Assembly: GCA_021613535.1 (NCBI GenBank)
Contig: CP075494.1
Location: forward strand, 15,996,001 to 16,060,000
Length of the DNA stretch: 64,000 nucleotides
Direction: 5' to 3'
DNA from: Adineta vaga
Taxonomy: Eukaryota > Animalia > Rotifera
Positions 1-11,871 of the stretch are shown in pieces (position 1 is the stretch's first letter; every line of letters begins with the position of its first letter). The notes below the pieces were generated by a model. That model was not told the origin of the DNA, searched no databases, and saw only the letters and a program-made list of their open reading frames with translations. Position numbers and translations under genes: made by a program.

Positions 1-199
1 GAGCTGAAATTTTCTGATAAAGCTTTGAATATACATAGAAGATCATTTGTGTAGTTAACGAAGGACGATTATGAGAAGATCACTTTTATTCTCTATTTAA
101 AAGACTTTCGTATTAAAGTACGTTCAAAGAAAGATAGACTAACTTTTCACTTCCCGACAGAAACCATGAAATTCAATAACTTTTACATTTCTTTTCAAG

Positions 200-2098
200 C
201 TTTGGCAGCAATGGTTTATTGAAGAAAAGAAAAATTGGGAAATTTTTCATGATAACCAAAAAGCTCGTGCAGCATCACGTATAGAGCAATTAATAACGAC
301 GCGTTTAATGTATGATAAAAAATTGATAGAATATCAACAAAAAATACGAATGACTATTAGCAAAAAATTTCACGACAAAACAATCGATGAAAAAAAGACA
401 TTATCAGAAGATATAGAACAACAGAATAATGAATTCAATGAAATATTCTGTGCTATACTTCATGATTCTAAAAATACACAACAAAAAGAATCAGTCGAAG
501 CAAGTATTTATAACACGTATAACCGAAATCATCTCGGTAAAGATTTCGACTTTTCGAAAAAGTTCCACGAAAGAAAACTCAAAAGTGGAAAAACAGGTTC
601 ATTACTTCACCCGATAGACCGACTTCTCGCACACATTAATAATAATGCAAACCAAACAGAGGAAGAAACTCAATTTTTTGGTGAATTAGATATGAAGCTC
701 AATACATTACTTAGCTCGGTAAAACGTTATGACGATGGTGTGACACAATCAGCGATTAACTTAACAGAAGCACAACTACAGGATTACCGTTACAAACGCA
801 TAAAAATACGTGGACGTGCTCATCAATCAGTATATAATTCATTAGTAGAACATTTAACTCGAATTCATAATGAATGGGAAAATTCTAATTCCATTTCACT
901 TCGTTTAGAAAGCGCAAAGGAGGACTTATTCGATTTTTTTCAGCATACTATAAAAGGCGTTGTTGGTGCGGATCTTTTACGAGCTGAACTAAAGTCAATA
1001 TTTAAATTACATTGGAGATGCGGATTTATCAATTCTATAGAAAATCTTGTTATTAATGGTTTACAAAGCGAAAGCTGGATAAATAATAGTCGAGTATTGT
1101 TAGCATATGCTGATTTGGAATTATTAGATTTAATTGAACAAGGAAAAATTGATTTAATGATCCAAAAGGTCACAAATGTATCATCACATTATCAAGAAAT
1201 TATTCAAAAACTAATTAGCAATCATGTTTCAACGAATGCAGAACAACGTTGGTTTTCTTATCGTAAGATGTTAGTTGATCTTTTACAATCAGTAGTTCTA
1301 GAAACAAGAAATTATCGAAATCCTATTTGTGAAGAGAATGAAAACGATCAAACAACTGTTGGAAAAGGAAGAACAAAATTCTTTTTAAATAAATTGTGTA
1401 CTAATTTGATGTCAAAACATTTGCCCCGTCCATTATTTGATTCTATACAAACATTGAATCTAGGTGATTATGAAATATGTGATGCACAATCCGTTGAAAC
1501 TTGGTCATCAATCATAGATGATGTCATAAGTGTTTTCCCAAATGAAAAAACTAAATTTGAATTAACTGAAATGGAAATTAAAACAATGATAGACCATATT
1601 TGTGATAGTTTAATTAATAATCAGGAAAACGAATCAATTCGATTACGATGCAGTATTTCGTGTCCAATATGTAAACTACCATGTAAACGTGCTGCCGGTC
1701 ATCATAACTTTTCAAATGATGAGAAACGTCGACATGATTGTGATCATCAACCAAGCGGTTTGGGGGGAGATCGCTGGGAGGATAACTATAGAAATACTTA
1801 TAATGAGTTATGTTATGAAGCTTGTGGTGATGTGGATATGCAGCGAATGGCGTTTAGAAAAGATGATATACATTATCCTTATTCTGAATTTTCAAAGCAA
1901 TATGACTGGAAACAACCTCTTCCATTAGTAAATCATTCGCTCGATATTCGCAAATACATATTTTTTAATTATCAAAAACAATTAGCTGAACTTTATGGAC
2001 GCTTGCCATGTTCAAATATACCACCATCATATAATCGTTCATATGATCAAATAAATCTTTTGAAAACACAACTAAAACGTATAATTACCGCTAATTAA
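200..2098 (+). CDS. Terminal exon of a very large inducible GTPase (VLIG/GVIN1-like) protein; the 5' part lies upstream of the window
   Basis: Acceptor tttcaag ends at 199 and the frame is open from 200 into the 596-aa ORF. The C-terminal Cys/His motif RCSISCPICKLPC...GHH...HDCDHQPSGLGG..W resembles the VLIG C-terminus (CPFCxxxC...H...HRPxGxxG..W). Confidence 0.65.
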   Translation, partial: LWQQWFIEEKKNWEIFHDNQKARAASRIEQLITTRLMYDKKLIEYQQKIRMTISKKFHDKTIDEKKTLSEDIEQQNNEFNEIFCAILHDSKNTQQKESVEASIYNTYNRNHLGKDFDFSKKFHERKLKSGKTGSLLHPIDRLLAHINNNANQTEEETQFFGELDMKLNTLLSSVKRYDDGVTQSAINLTEAQLQDYRYKRIKIRGRAHQSVYNSLVEHLTRIHNEWENSNSISLRLESAKEDLFDFFQHTIKGVVGADLLRAELKSIFKLHWRCGFINSIENLVINGLQSESWINNSRVLLAYADLELLDLIEQGKIDLMIQKVTNVSSHYQEIIQKLISNHVSTNAEQRWFSYRKMLVDLLQSVVLETRNYRNPICEENENDQTTVGKGRTKFFLNKLCTNLMSKHLPRPLFDSIQTLNLGDYEICDAQSVETWSSIIDDVISVFPNEKTKFELTEMEIKTMIDHICDSLINNQENESIRLRCSISCPICKLPCKRAAGHHNFSNDEKRRHDCDHQPSGLGGDRWEDNYRNTYNELCYEACGDVDMQRMAFRKDDIHYPYSEFSKQYDWKQPLPLVNHSLDIRKYIFFNYQKQLAELYGRLPCSNIPPSYNRSYDQINLLKTQLKRIITAN

Positions 2099-2180
2099 AC
2101 TTGTTTACTAATATGCAATTTTTTCATCAAATAAAATAATTCGATATATATCTCGTTATCTGCTATTAATGCTAACGTGA

Positions 2181-2251
2181 CAAGGGTGGATGTGGGTATG
2201 GGTACTACATTTACCTAACACCCACACCGACACGCATACCCACCCTCAAGA
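2181..2251. mobile_element. Short hairpin-like MITE with telomere-like inverted termini (AGGGTG...CACCCTCAAG)
   Basis: caagggtggatgtgggtatgggt ... acccacaccgacacgcatacccaccctcaag. The core tactacatttacctaacac matches taccacatctatctaatac in the copy at 15772. Confidence 0.6.
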
Positions 2252-2474
2252 ATCACCTTTGTTAGTCAAAATTCAGCATACCTATGAAGAGTTATCAGTT
2301 GTATTGCTCAAAGTAACTGCTAAACTATTCAATCATTTCACTTCTGAATTACAACTTAAAGATGTTTTTTTTCAAAAAAGAACATGTAATACCCCAAAAA
2401 ACATGATAACTTTCTTTGTTTATCAATAAAACCTTTTCCACACAAAAATAACAACTATAGATGAAATATAAAGT

Positions 2475-4250
2475 TTAAATCTCTTTTGAATTAATTAAAG
2501 CATTTGGAAATGTTTCTTCTGTTTCATCTTCATCACAATTATCATAATTTCTGAATATATGCAAATCAGTAATTTGTTCACAGATAGAAGCAATTTGTTC
2601 ATTTTCATGAACATAACCATTGATAGCATCAATTGTAATACCATCGACAATTAAACATCGAATATTCGGTGTTAATAATAAAAAATCGATATATTCTAAA
2701 TCAACTGTCAAACCATAATATTTTAATGTTTTAATTGTATCTAACATAATTACGTTTTTTCTTGTAAATATTTTAGGATTTACAGAACATGTATGCCATG
2801 ATATAATTATTTTATTTAAATTAGGAAATGTTTCTTTAATAAACTTCAAAAATTCCAAGGTTATTGGTGTTGAAGCTAGAAAAATGGATTTAATAGTATT
2901 CATTCGTAATGGTACTGTTAGATTTGTACGATAACAAAGAATTTCATCTGTTATTCTATCATTTTCTTTCAATATCCACGGTAATGAAAAAACAGTAAAA
3001 CAAGGAATACTTCGATCATGATAACACATAACTGGATGAGTTGACCAATATGATGTTGAATGAAATGTTGATATTAATTTATCTAAACCTAAAATGAAAA
3101 GAAAAGATCTTCATCATAATCTCTTCGAAATTCTTGAATTTTATGAGTTCTAGAAATGATCACAATCTTACCATTATTTATCGTGATATTTTGTTTATAA
3201 TTCGATATTTGAAAAATAAATTTGAATTGTTTCAAGTTTGGAATTTTCGTTAGAATTGTTGATTCTAAAATATTTCCATCAATTTGTTCATCAATTGACA
3301 TATTTAATGTTAAATATTCAATAGATTTTTTAAATGGTTCTAAAAATAGTAATAAACGAGTATAAGAAAAATCTAATGAATTAATAATTAAATGTTTTAA
3401 TGATGATGATAATAATGTTTTCGTTTTATTTCGAATATTTGTATAATCATATTTATCATTTTTTTCTACTTCACAAACTTCAACATTGAGATATTCTAAT
3501 TTCGATAAATATTCAATTAATATAAATAAATCATGAACATAATGTAATTTTATAGTTAATTCTTTGATATTTTCATTGATTTTTAATGTATTTGGTTTAA
3601 ATGAAAACCATAAAATTGATAAATCACTAATATCTTTTAATACTAATTTTTCTATTATAGAATCATTTTGTAATAATAATAATGCAATATTATGATTATC
3701 ATCGGTATCTAAATTTAAAACTAATGATTGACATTTTGTTTTAAAGATATTTAAATAGGATTCCGATAGATGATTATTAAGATTAGAAGCAAATCGATAA
3801 TTCCATATGATAGATTTAAGACAAGGATATTGATTAATAATTGTTGATTTAGTTGGAAATAATGTTTGTAATTGTGAATGATTAAATTTTATTTTTGTTA
3901 TAAATGGTTCAATTAAAAATAAAGATTTATTTAACCATTGTTTTTTTTGTTGATACATCAATTTGACATGGAAATTGATTGATAAGTAAATTGAATCGTT
4001 TATTTAAACCATAAAATGATTGTATCATATCATAGGATGATAAATAAGTTAAAACAAGTTCTAATAATTCATTAGGTAACAGCATTAATTTTGATTTTGT
4101 TGAATCTACAAGAAAAAGATATATGATATCTGTATATTTTCAAGTTAATAAATGATATTTACTTTCTTTTTTTGTGAAGCATTTTTTCATATTGGTCATG
4201 CTATTCTCATCTTTGTTCAAACATTTATCCATATTAGTTAACTCATTCAT
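2475..4250 (-). CDS. F-box/LRR-like protein with 3 exons and one frameshift in an A8 run near 3941-3950 (pseudogene or assembly error)
   Basis: ATG at 4250; intron 4162-4106; F-box LMLLPNELLELVLTYLSSYDMIQSFYGLNKRFN. The frame shifts into ORF 3089-3961, and an intron at about 3172-3089 joins it in frame to ORF 2475-3029. Confidence 0.75.
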
Positions 4251-5116
4251 TATTTGAGAAACCAAATAGAAATCTATTAAAACAAAGAGTAAACATTAAC
4301 TGGTACAAGAAGAAAATATCCATAGAATGTAATAAAGAATAAAGAAAATTTTTTACCCACATTTATTCTCCATATTCAAATTATATCGGCCATTTACAAT
4401 GGAAGAAAGAGGGCGTTTAATATTCAGTATATATTTCAAATATTAAGAATGAAAGAGATAACAGTCACATATGTATTGATATGAATATTTTTAATGTACA
4501 TCTGCGAAGTGTATTCTATGTTCTCTCGCATGATATTTCAAGATAATATAAAACTTGTCGAGATATTGTGAAATTATTAAGATCATAATTATCGAAAAAA
4601 AAAATTAGCTATAGAACGATTTATCTTTGTTGGAGTCAATGTTAGAAAAAATTCGTTTAACAAATTCTCTTCGTGTTTTCACATTGTAATTTTACAAGGA
4701 TTGCAATAACAGCTTTCCTCTTTCGAACATAAGCAGAGACACTGACTGTCACAAAGATAACGGAGCAGAAAAAGAAAAATTTATAAAAGACTGCGGTTTC
4801 CTTAGTGATACTACAAGCTCTCGTGACGTTTTCTATGGTTGTTTCCGTCAATTCATCATTCTTTCTCGGCAATGAAATGTAAATGAAGTAAAAAAAATAC
4901 CAAAAAAACCCAATCGTAGTTTCAAACAACGTATACTGTCTATTATTCGTTCAAATTCATAAACGCTTTGTAAGTATAACTATAGATATAAAACGAGAGA
5001 TATTTCTCCATTAATTAGCAACTTAAAATAATTTACTTTCCTCCTATTTACAAAATAGTTTAGAATTTATTATAAATCAAATTAAGAATAAATACGATCA
5101 CTCATTATTCTCTTAC

Positions 5117-7894
5117 ATGGAATCAGACATGGAACATAATGATGATTATCAAATCATGCGAGCGATTTCAGCTGATGGATCATTCACTTATCTGCTTGAA
5201 AATGTTGTTCTTATATGCTTAGATTTAAATGACGAGACGCATGAAGATATAAAGAGAAAATGGCTTATCGAAGTGCAGCTTATTATTAATATGGCGAACA
5301 CATTCATTGATGTCGATGAATGTGTGGATTTTTTAACCGAAATTGAAAACGAAATTGTAATAATGGTTGTGTCAGGACTTCATAGCTTGCATGCGATTTC
5401 TCATATAGGACAACTCTCTCAGCTCAAGTCTATTTATGTTTTGGCCAGTGACAAAACTCTCCAGGAAATATGGATGAACAAATCTGAAAAGGTAAAAGGT
5501 GTTTTCGCTGATCTTCAAGAAATTATTCCTTTGCTTCTGCGTGATATTCGACAATACGACCGAAATTTGATTCCGATCAGTATTATTCAAGAGAATGACC
5601 CCGCATCTATTGCTTCAAATGAACTCGATCAATCATTCATGTACACACAATTAGTCAAAGATCTCCTTCTAAAAATCAAATTTGACAATGAATCAAAACA
5701 GAATTTTATTGAATTTTGTCGCCATCAGTATTCTAATTGTGATCCTATGTTAAAGGCAATAGATCGATTTGATCGAGAATATGCAGCTTATTCGGCCATT
5801 TGGTGGTATTCCAAGGAAACATTCATATATTCGATACTTAATCGGGCTTTTAGAATACAGGACATTAAAACAATCATGAAAATTGGGTTCTTTATGCAAG
5901 ATATTCATCGTGAGATCGAAAAGCGCTACAGAGAATGGGTAGATAAACCTAATCTTCTAACGGTTTATCGAGGACAATGTATATCAAATAATGAATTTAA
6001 AAATTTAGAAAGAGGTCAAGGTGGTCTAATCGCCTTCAATAACTTTTTATCGACGAGTATTGACCGAGAAGTGGCTTCTCGCTTCGCGGACTGTGCTCGA
6101 GACAATTCTAATTTGGTAGGAGTTCTTTTTGAAATAACAGTGGATTCGGAAACGCATTCGACGTCATTTGTGGCATTAGATGGCATTAGTCAGTTTCAAG
6201 ATGAAAAAGAGATATTATTCTCAATGCATAGTATTTTTAAAATCGGCGAAATACAACAACTTGACACGAACCTTTGGCAAGTGAAATTATTCTCAACAAG
6301 AGATAATGACAAAATCATGAGCGAAATAGCTACTTATAAGAGAAAGAACATCAGTAGAGCAAATCCATGGATTCTATTAGGCTCGTTATTGATGGACATG
6401 AGAGAGTTTACTGAAGCCGAACGAATTTTCCAAGTCTTTGCTAATCTCAGCTCAAGACCTGATGCAAATCAATCAGACTGCTGCAATGCTTTCAATATGT
6501 TGGGAACAATTAAACAGCAGCAATTTGATTTCACACAGGCGCTCTTGTATTTTCAAAAAGCACTCGAGTTTAGTCTACCTAATAGTAATCAGTCCGTTGT
6601 GTCATATCGAGGAATTGCGTTAGTCCATGTTTCTATGGGAAACTATGAGGCTGCGCTTTCGATTCAGAAAAAGTCACTAGAAATATTAAAAAAGGTTGCT
6701 GTTGTCGATTTTGAAACCTTGATTGTATCCTACACTACTATTGCCGAAATGTACATTCATCTTGGGAGAACATCGAATGCAATTTTATACTTGAAAAAAT
6801 CTTTAGAAATTTCTGAAAAATCGCTCCCTTCAAATCATCCACAACTCGCTATCAACTACAATTGGATGGGCGAAGCATACCGAATGAATGGAGATTATTC
6901 GAATGCATTATGTTATTATGCAAAAGCACTCAAAATTCAAAGGAAATATTTACCACCCAATCATCTTGAGTTGGGTCATACTATCAACGGTATGGGTCTC
7001 GCTTATGATAAAATGGGAGACTATTCGGGTGCACTCACTTGTTTTAAATTGAGACTTCAGATGCAACAAAATTCGTTAAATCCTGACGATCCTGAACTTG
7101 CTAAAACTTATAATAACATCGGTCTCGCTTTTGATTCAATGAAAAATTATCCAAAAGCATTATCGTGTTATCAAATGGCTCTTAACATCTATGAAAAGTT
7201 CTTCGACATTAATCCGGACTTAGCTGTTACCTATCATAACGTTGCTGTAGCGTTCAATAAAATGGGAGACTATTCGACTGCGCTTGCATTTTTTCAAAAA
7301 ACCCTTAAAATAGAAGAAAAATCTCTTTCTTGTGATCATCCAACATTGAGTACAACGTATCAAAGTCTTGCTGTACTGTACGAAGCGATGGGGGACTACC
7401 AATCTGCGCTTTCATACCTCGAGAAAGCTCGTGGAATTCAAGAAAGATCTTTCCATTCCGACCATCCAGATTTGGCTGGAATTTACAATGGTTTTGCTTC
7501 AGTACATGCAAAAATGGGAGACTACTTGATCGCACTTTCGTTTCTTGAAAAAACACGTGCGATTCAAGAAAAAAGTCTGCATTCCTATCATCAAGAGTTA
7601 GATAAAACCTACAATAACCTTGCCGTACTGTACAGAAAAACCAACAACTATTCAATTGCACTGTCATATTTTCACGAAGCCCGTATAATTCTAGAAGAGC
7701 ATCGTCGTTCCAATCATCAAAATTTAGCTTCCATCTATCATAATATCGCCTCACTGTACCTACTAATGGGAGATTGCTTGACGGCACAATCATTTTTTCA
7801 ACAAATGCATCAAATAAGCGAAACGAACTTTTCCTCTGATCATCCCACTATAAAGTCGACTCGAAGAGTTGATATTGATGAAAGTAACAGATAA
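5117..7894 (+). CDS. ART-type ADP-ribosyltransferase domain followed by an array of about 11 TPRs; intronless
   Basis: R-S-E motifs VYRGQ, FLSTS and DEKEILF, then 42-aa TPRs of the type HPxLAxxYNNIG...GDYSxAL. Confidence 0.9.
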   Translation: MESDMEHNDDYQIMRAISADGSFTYLLENVVLICLDLNDETHEDIKRKWLIEVQLIINMANTFIDVDECVDFLTEIENEIVIMVVSGLHSLHAISHIGQLSQLKSIYVLASDKTLQEIWMNKSEKVKGVFADLQEIIPLLLRDIRQYDRNLIPISIIQENDPASIASNELDQSFMYTQLVKDLLLKIKFDNESKQNFIEFCRHQYSNCDPMLKAIDRFDREYAAYSAIWWYSKETFIYSILNRAFRIQDIKTIMKIGFFMQDIHREIEKRYREWVDKPNLLTVYRGQCISNNEFKNLERGQGGLIAFNNFLSTSIDREVASRFADCARDNSNLVGVLFEITVDSETHSTSFVALDGISQFQDEKEILFSMHSIFKIGEIQQLDTNLWQVKLFSTRDNDKIMSEIATYKRKNISRANPWILLGSLLMDMREFTEAERIFQVFANLSSRPDANQSDCCNAFNMLGTIKQQQFDFTQALLYFQKALEFSLPNSNQSVVSYRGIALVHVSMGNYEAALSIQKKSLEILKKVAVVDFETLIVSYTTIAEMYIHLGRTSNAILYLKKSLEISEKSLPSNHPQLAINYNWMGEAYRMNGDYSNALCYYAKALKIQRKYLPPNHLELGHTINGMGLAYDKMGDYSGALTCFKLRLQMQQNSLNPDDPELAKTYNNIGLAFDSMKNYPKALSCYQMALNIYEKFFDINPDLAVTYHNVAVAFNKMGDYSTALAFFQKTLKIEEKSLSCDHPTLSTTYQSLAVLYEAMGDYQSALSYLEKARGIQERSFHSDHPDLAGIYNGFASVHAKMGDYLIALSFLEKTRAIQEKSLHSYHQELDKTYNNLAVLYRKTNNYSIALSYFHEARIILEEHRRSNHQNLASIYHNIASLYLLMGDCLTAQSFFQQMHQISETNFSSDHPTIKSTRRVDIDESNR

Positions 7895-8865
7895 ACTCCA
7901 GCTCCAGTCTGATGCTTTTGTTCATTTTGTTGTCACGGTATGTGTTATCTTTTTCTCTCTATTTCTGTATACATACGTACGTAATACTAGCAGCGGTATT
8001 CGAAACTGATGAAATTTAGGAAAGAATGTGTTTGAAAGTTTCATATTTATCGACACAACTTATCAATCTTCTTCAAATCCATATGTCTATTTTCAAAACC
8101 TCATTAATTGTTACTGAACTAACAAAAAAACATAAAATAAATTTTATCAAATGATATTCATATTCTTTACTGATTATATCATTATCATTTTTCCTAAATG
8201 TAAAAGAAATGTGAATAGATAAGAATATTTTTAAAAAATTTGCCTTCGATAAGAAATAGGTCATTTTGTTTGTTATTCTTTTATATATTTATCTGATCTC
8301 AACTGAAAACGCTTACTTAATATTTTATTCTTCTTGGCTATTTTTCGATAGTAAGAATAAAATAATCTTAAATTTTAAATAAAATCTTTGTATTATGAAT
8401 GAGTAGTTTTTGAATTATTTAATAGTTCTCTTCCTTATTCTGAAGACATGATAGAATAATAAAAATATAAACGTTTAGTTGTGTATATTTTTACTTTTCT
8501 GTATAAAGATTATTGTAAAAGAAACAAGATGACCTTTTACACGTGATATGTGATTCATACTTTCACTCTATATTTGTATTATACAAAAGAAAGAACGTTA
8601 TTTTTTGTCATTTGTTAAACCTTTATTCATTCAACTGAAAATTCTAACTAAATCATTATTTTCGTGTAAAATTCCCGAATTAATAAATATCATAGTTGTT
8701 AACGTTCGATCGAGGTGGCATATGGTCCAACTATTTATCTCTTTTGTGTATCTTTTTCTTTCTCCTTTCGCTTTGTTATCTATATATGCATAAAGATATG
8801 TTTTCTAATCTATTTATTTCATCTTTTATAAAATAAAATTTTACCTTTAAATAATCGTCGTTATA

Positions 8866-10020
8866 ATGTTTGAATACATATCAATAATTATCTTAATCGT
8901 TAGTGTAATTCTTTATATTAATCGATCTCAAAGTAAAAAACAACAAAAAGAATCTCCAAAATTTGAAAAAAAAATCGTTCGCAAATGGACTCCTGTTGAT
9001 TTTAAAGCTCCACGTCCAATTCCTTATCCTGATTGGTCAATAGAAACAACTCGTCCATTACCATATCGTCCATTTAAGTATGGTCCTGATTATTTTATAA
9101 CCATGGGTATATCAAAAATGAATTGGAATGAATGGATTGAATTAGATAATCAATGGACAAAATATCATCAAGAAAAACTTTCACGTCTTTCATCAGAACG
9201 ATCATCTCGTTTATGTAAAATCTCACCAGAAGCAGAAGATGCTGCTCTTGAAACAATGGAATTATTATCTGAATATTTAGTTTATCGTTATCCATCCTTA
9301 TTTGAATATGAAAATAATAAAGAAGAAATTCGAATAAAACTAACAGGAGAAATATATCCAATTGTATCTTCAAATCCTTTGAAATATGCTTCACTTTTAA
9401 TTCAAGATGATTTAGCATTAATGATTGAAGGTGACGATGGACAATATTATTTACAAGGTGGTTCAATTGTTCTTCCAGGATTTTGGCGTCTTGAAGATAA
9501 ATTTCAAATGCCACTTGCACAAATTCATATGTCTGGTGATGTTCCAAAATTTGAAGAGAAATTAAAACACAGTATGGAACGATATTTTCAAAAAATGACA
9601 CCAGAATATCCAGTTGTACGTTTTAATTATTTTATTCAAACTGATGGAGAATTAGCTTGGTCATCATCGATTGGTTCGGAAGATGATTATGGTATTGGTT
9701 GGGATAATGCCAAATTAAATCCACCTATTGAACAAATACATTTTCGTAGTGAAAGACAAACACTTCGAAGATTACCAAGATCAGGTGCTATTTTGTTTAC
9801 TATTCATCCTTATTTTATTCCTGTTACTGAAATTGCAGAAGAACCAGGTATTCCAGGAAGATTAGCTTCAGCTATACGAAGTTGGCCTGATGATGTTTCA
9901 CATTATAAGGGAAAAAATGCGTATGAAGATGTAGTTTTAAATTATTTAGATAATAAACATGAGCAACAATGTCAAAATGGTTTACAACAAGAGAATATCA
10001 AATCATCCTATCCATATTAA
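8866..10020 (+). CDS. DUF3445 / heme-dependent oxidative N-demethylase alpha-subunit-like protein with an N-terminal TM anchor; fungal-like and intronless
   Basis: Motifs RPLPYRPF..G..YFITMG...WIELD, LLIQDDLALM, PGFWRLEDK..MPLAQIH..VP, RFNYFIQ and FRSERQTLRRLPRSGAILFTIH. Confidence 0.85.
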   Translation: MFEYISIIILIVSVILYINRSQSKKQQKESPKFEKKIVRKWTPVDFKAPRPIPYPDWSIETTRPLPYRPFKYGPDYFITMGISKMNWNEWIELDNQWTKYHQEKLSRLSSERSSRLCKISPEAEDAALETMELLSEYLVYRYPSLFEYENNKEEIRIKLTGEIYPIVSSNPLKYASLLIQDDLALMIEGDDGQYYLQGGSIVLPGFWRLEDKFQMPLAQIHMSGDVPKFEEKLKHSMERYFQKMTPEYPVVRFNYFIQTDGELAWSSSIGSEDDYGIGWDNAKLNPPIEQIHFRSERQTLRRLPRSGAILFTIHPYFIPVTEIAEEPGIPGRLASAIRSWPDDVSHYKGKNAYEDVVLNYLDNKHEQQCQNGLQQENIKSSYPY

Positions 10021-10323
10021 TATTTAATTCAAGAATATTTTTTCTTTCTTTATTTTTGTTGTTTTCATGTTACATTGGATTAGTGGGAGAAAAGAAGTGG
10101 GTGTGATCAAATTTTGTATCTCAATTGAAAATAAAACTAATCTAATGTGAAGAAAAACATCTGGATATTGAATTGATTTTCTTTTATAAATATGAATCGA
10201 CGTTTATCGATCAATTAATTTTGCACTCAAGAAAGTAAAAGGATCAATTATATTTCATTGAAATAGTAAGAAATAGATTTTGAGAAATATTTCTTCATTG
10301 TTTTTTTCTTTAGAACAATAAAA

Positions 10324-10723
10324 ATGAATTGCTTTTCAATTGTAATACTTCTTCTTAGTATAACTATTGCTTTGATTCATGGTTCAGTTGTATTTCGAAC
10401 AGATAATCTCAATGAAAATGATCCATTTGGATTAATTCGAGATAGTTATGGTTGTGATGCTGTTATTAAAAGTTGTGGAAATAAAGGAAAATGTTGTGAT
10501 ACTCATGATGCATGTTATAAACGACATGGTTGTAAAGCTATTAGTTGGATCTATTTATGTAAGTTTTGTTTTCTATTTTATTTGTTATCAACAATCGTTT
10601 TTCTTTCATTTAGGGGGAAATTGTCGACAATGCAATTTAGATGTTATGGCTTGTGCTGTTAGACAAAATCCTGGTAAAAGTTCATGTTGTTCAGCTGGAA
10701 ATTGTGGACAACCACGACCATAA
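10324..10723 (+). CDS. Small secreted Cys-rich phospholipase A2-like protein, 2 exons (intron 10559-10613)
   Basis: Signal peptide and the PLA2 catalytic motif CCDTHDACY. The spliced join reads YL-W-GNCRQCNLDVMAC. Confidence 0.7.
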
Positions 10724-10860
10724 AATCTTTATTAATTGATTTTGAGCGCAATTTTATTTATTCCTTATGTCTTTCTCTCTTTCCCAAAATGAATAAACGA
10801 TCTTTATGAGAAATATCGTCACATCGAAATGAAAGGATTTCTTATTCGATTGAGATCTAC

Positions 10861-10957
10861 TTAGAAGTTTTGTTTAAAAAGGATCATAAATGAATTGTTC
10901 AATGAAATGGAGATTGATATTGTTGTGTAAAGATTGAAAGTTGATATGAATAACAAG
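10861..10957 (-). pseudogene. Truncated duplicate of the 3' end of the kinase gene at 11872-12840
   Basis: 10912-10957 matches 11948-11993 at 44/46 nt (CYSYQLSIFTQQYQS vs CYSYQLPIFAQQYQS); weaker similarity extends to about 10861. Confidence 0.8.
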
Positions 10958-11001
10958 GGTGGGTGTGGGTGAGATTGAGACTCGGCGTACTAACACCCTC
11001 C
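10954..11001. repeat. Telomere-like motif copy, AGGGTGGGTGTGGG...CACCCTC
   Basis: caagggtgggtgtgggtgag ... taacaccctc. Confidence 0.6.
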
Positions 11002-11246
11002 TTTTCACTATCATCTGGAATTCCAGATTACTTATTCTCACTTTTAATTATCATTATCACTATATCTCTATGAAAATGAGCCTTTCAGATTTGTAGATAA
11101 GAGTTCGATGAATTATAGAGAATGTTTACCAGGCATCGTATACAGGTGTCATGAGCGTATTCATGCTCATTTCTTTCGAGATGACTTCTTTATTTTTTAG
11201 ATAATAAAAAATCTTTATATATTCTTATACATAATCTGAACGATTT

Positions 11247-11799
11247 ATGAGAATACAATTTGATAAAATCAATCCAAATCACATCTCGACGGCACCTAGT
11301 TCGGAAATAGTAGACAATGAATTAGAAAAAAAAACTCATTATGCATTTGTTATTGATGTTCCAGGTATGTAGTGCAAGATTTTATGTTATAAATTATTTC
11401 TTTATGATTCTTTTAGGATCTTCAAATGAAGATTTATACGTTGTCAGTCAAACTGATTATGCAAGACACATTGAATCAACTTACAAAGAACATAAATGCG
11501 ATCATTATTTATTGATTAAAAAACTTGGTAAAATATCTCTCGGTGATATTCTTCAATTTCACGTAACAACTCATTTCGTTAAACATATCGAATATAAATT
11601 AATCAATGAAGTTTATAATCATTTATATAAAGCAAATAATGGTCCTTATTGGTCTTCAATTTTAAACTGTCAAACATTCACAAGAGCAAGTATCGAACAT
11701 CTTGGCTTTGAATTTCCATCAACTGTACGTATCATCAGCGATTGTATGTCAACACTCATGGATTTTTATATAAAAACTTATGAAAACACGAATAAATGA
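11247..11799 (+). CDS. Permuted papain-fold (PPPDE/LRAT/NlpC-P60-like) small protein, 2 exons (intron 11365-11416); start uncertain
   Basis: The spliced product has THYAFVI (His on a strand) and later YWSSILNCQTFTR (NCxxF nucleophile motif). Confidence 0.45.
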
Positions 11800-11871
11800 C
11801 TTTGTATATAAATAGATAGTTGAGACAATAGTTCTATTCTCTAAGCAATTATTTCAATGAATATATTAAGA

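Noticed and set aside
2190-2429. ORF MWVWVLHLPNTHTDTHTHPQ and the similar ORFs at 37733, 45331, 12919, 22834 and 25298
   Set aside because: They arise from translating the GT/CA-rich repeat family or element interiors and have no protein motifs.
3941-3950. Programmed ribosomal frameshift in the F-box gene
   Set aside because: A one-base indel in an A8 homopolymer is more simply an assembly error or recent mutation; no stimulatory structure is evident.
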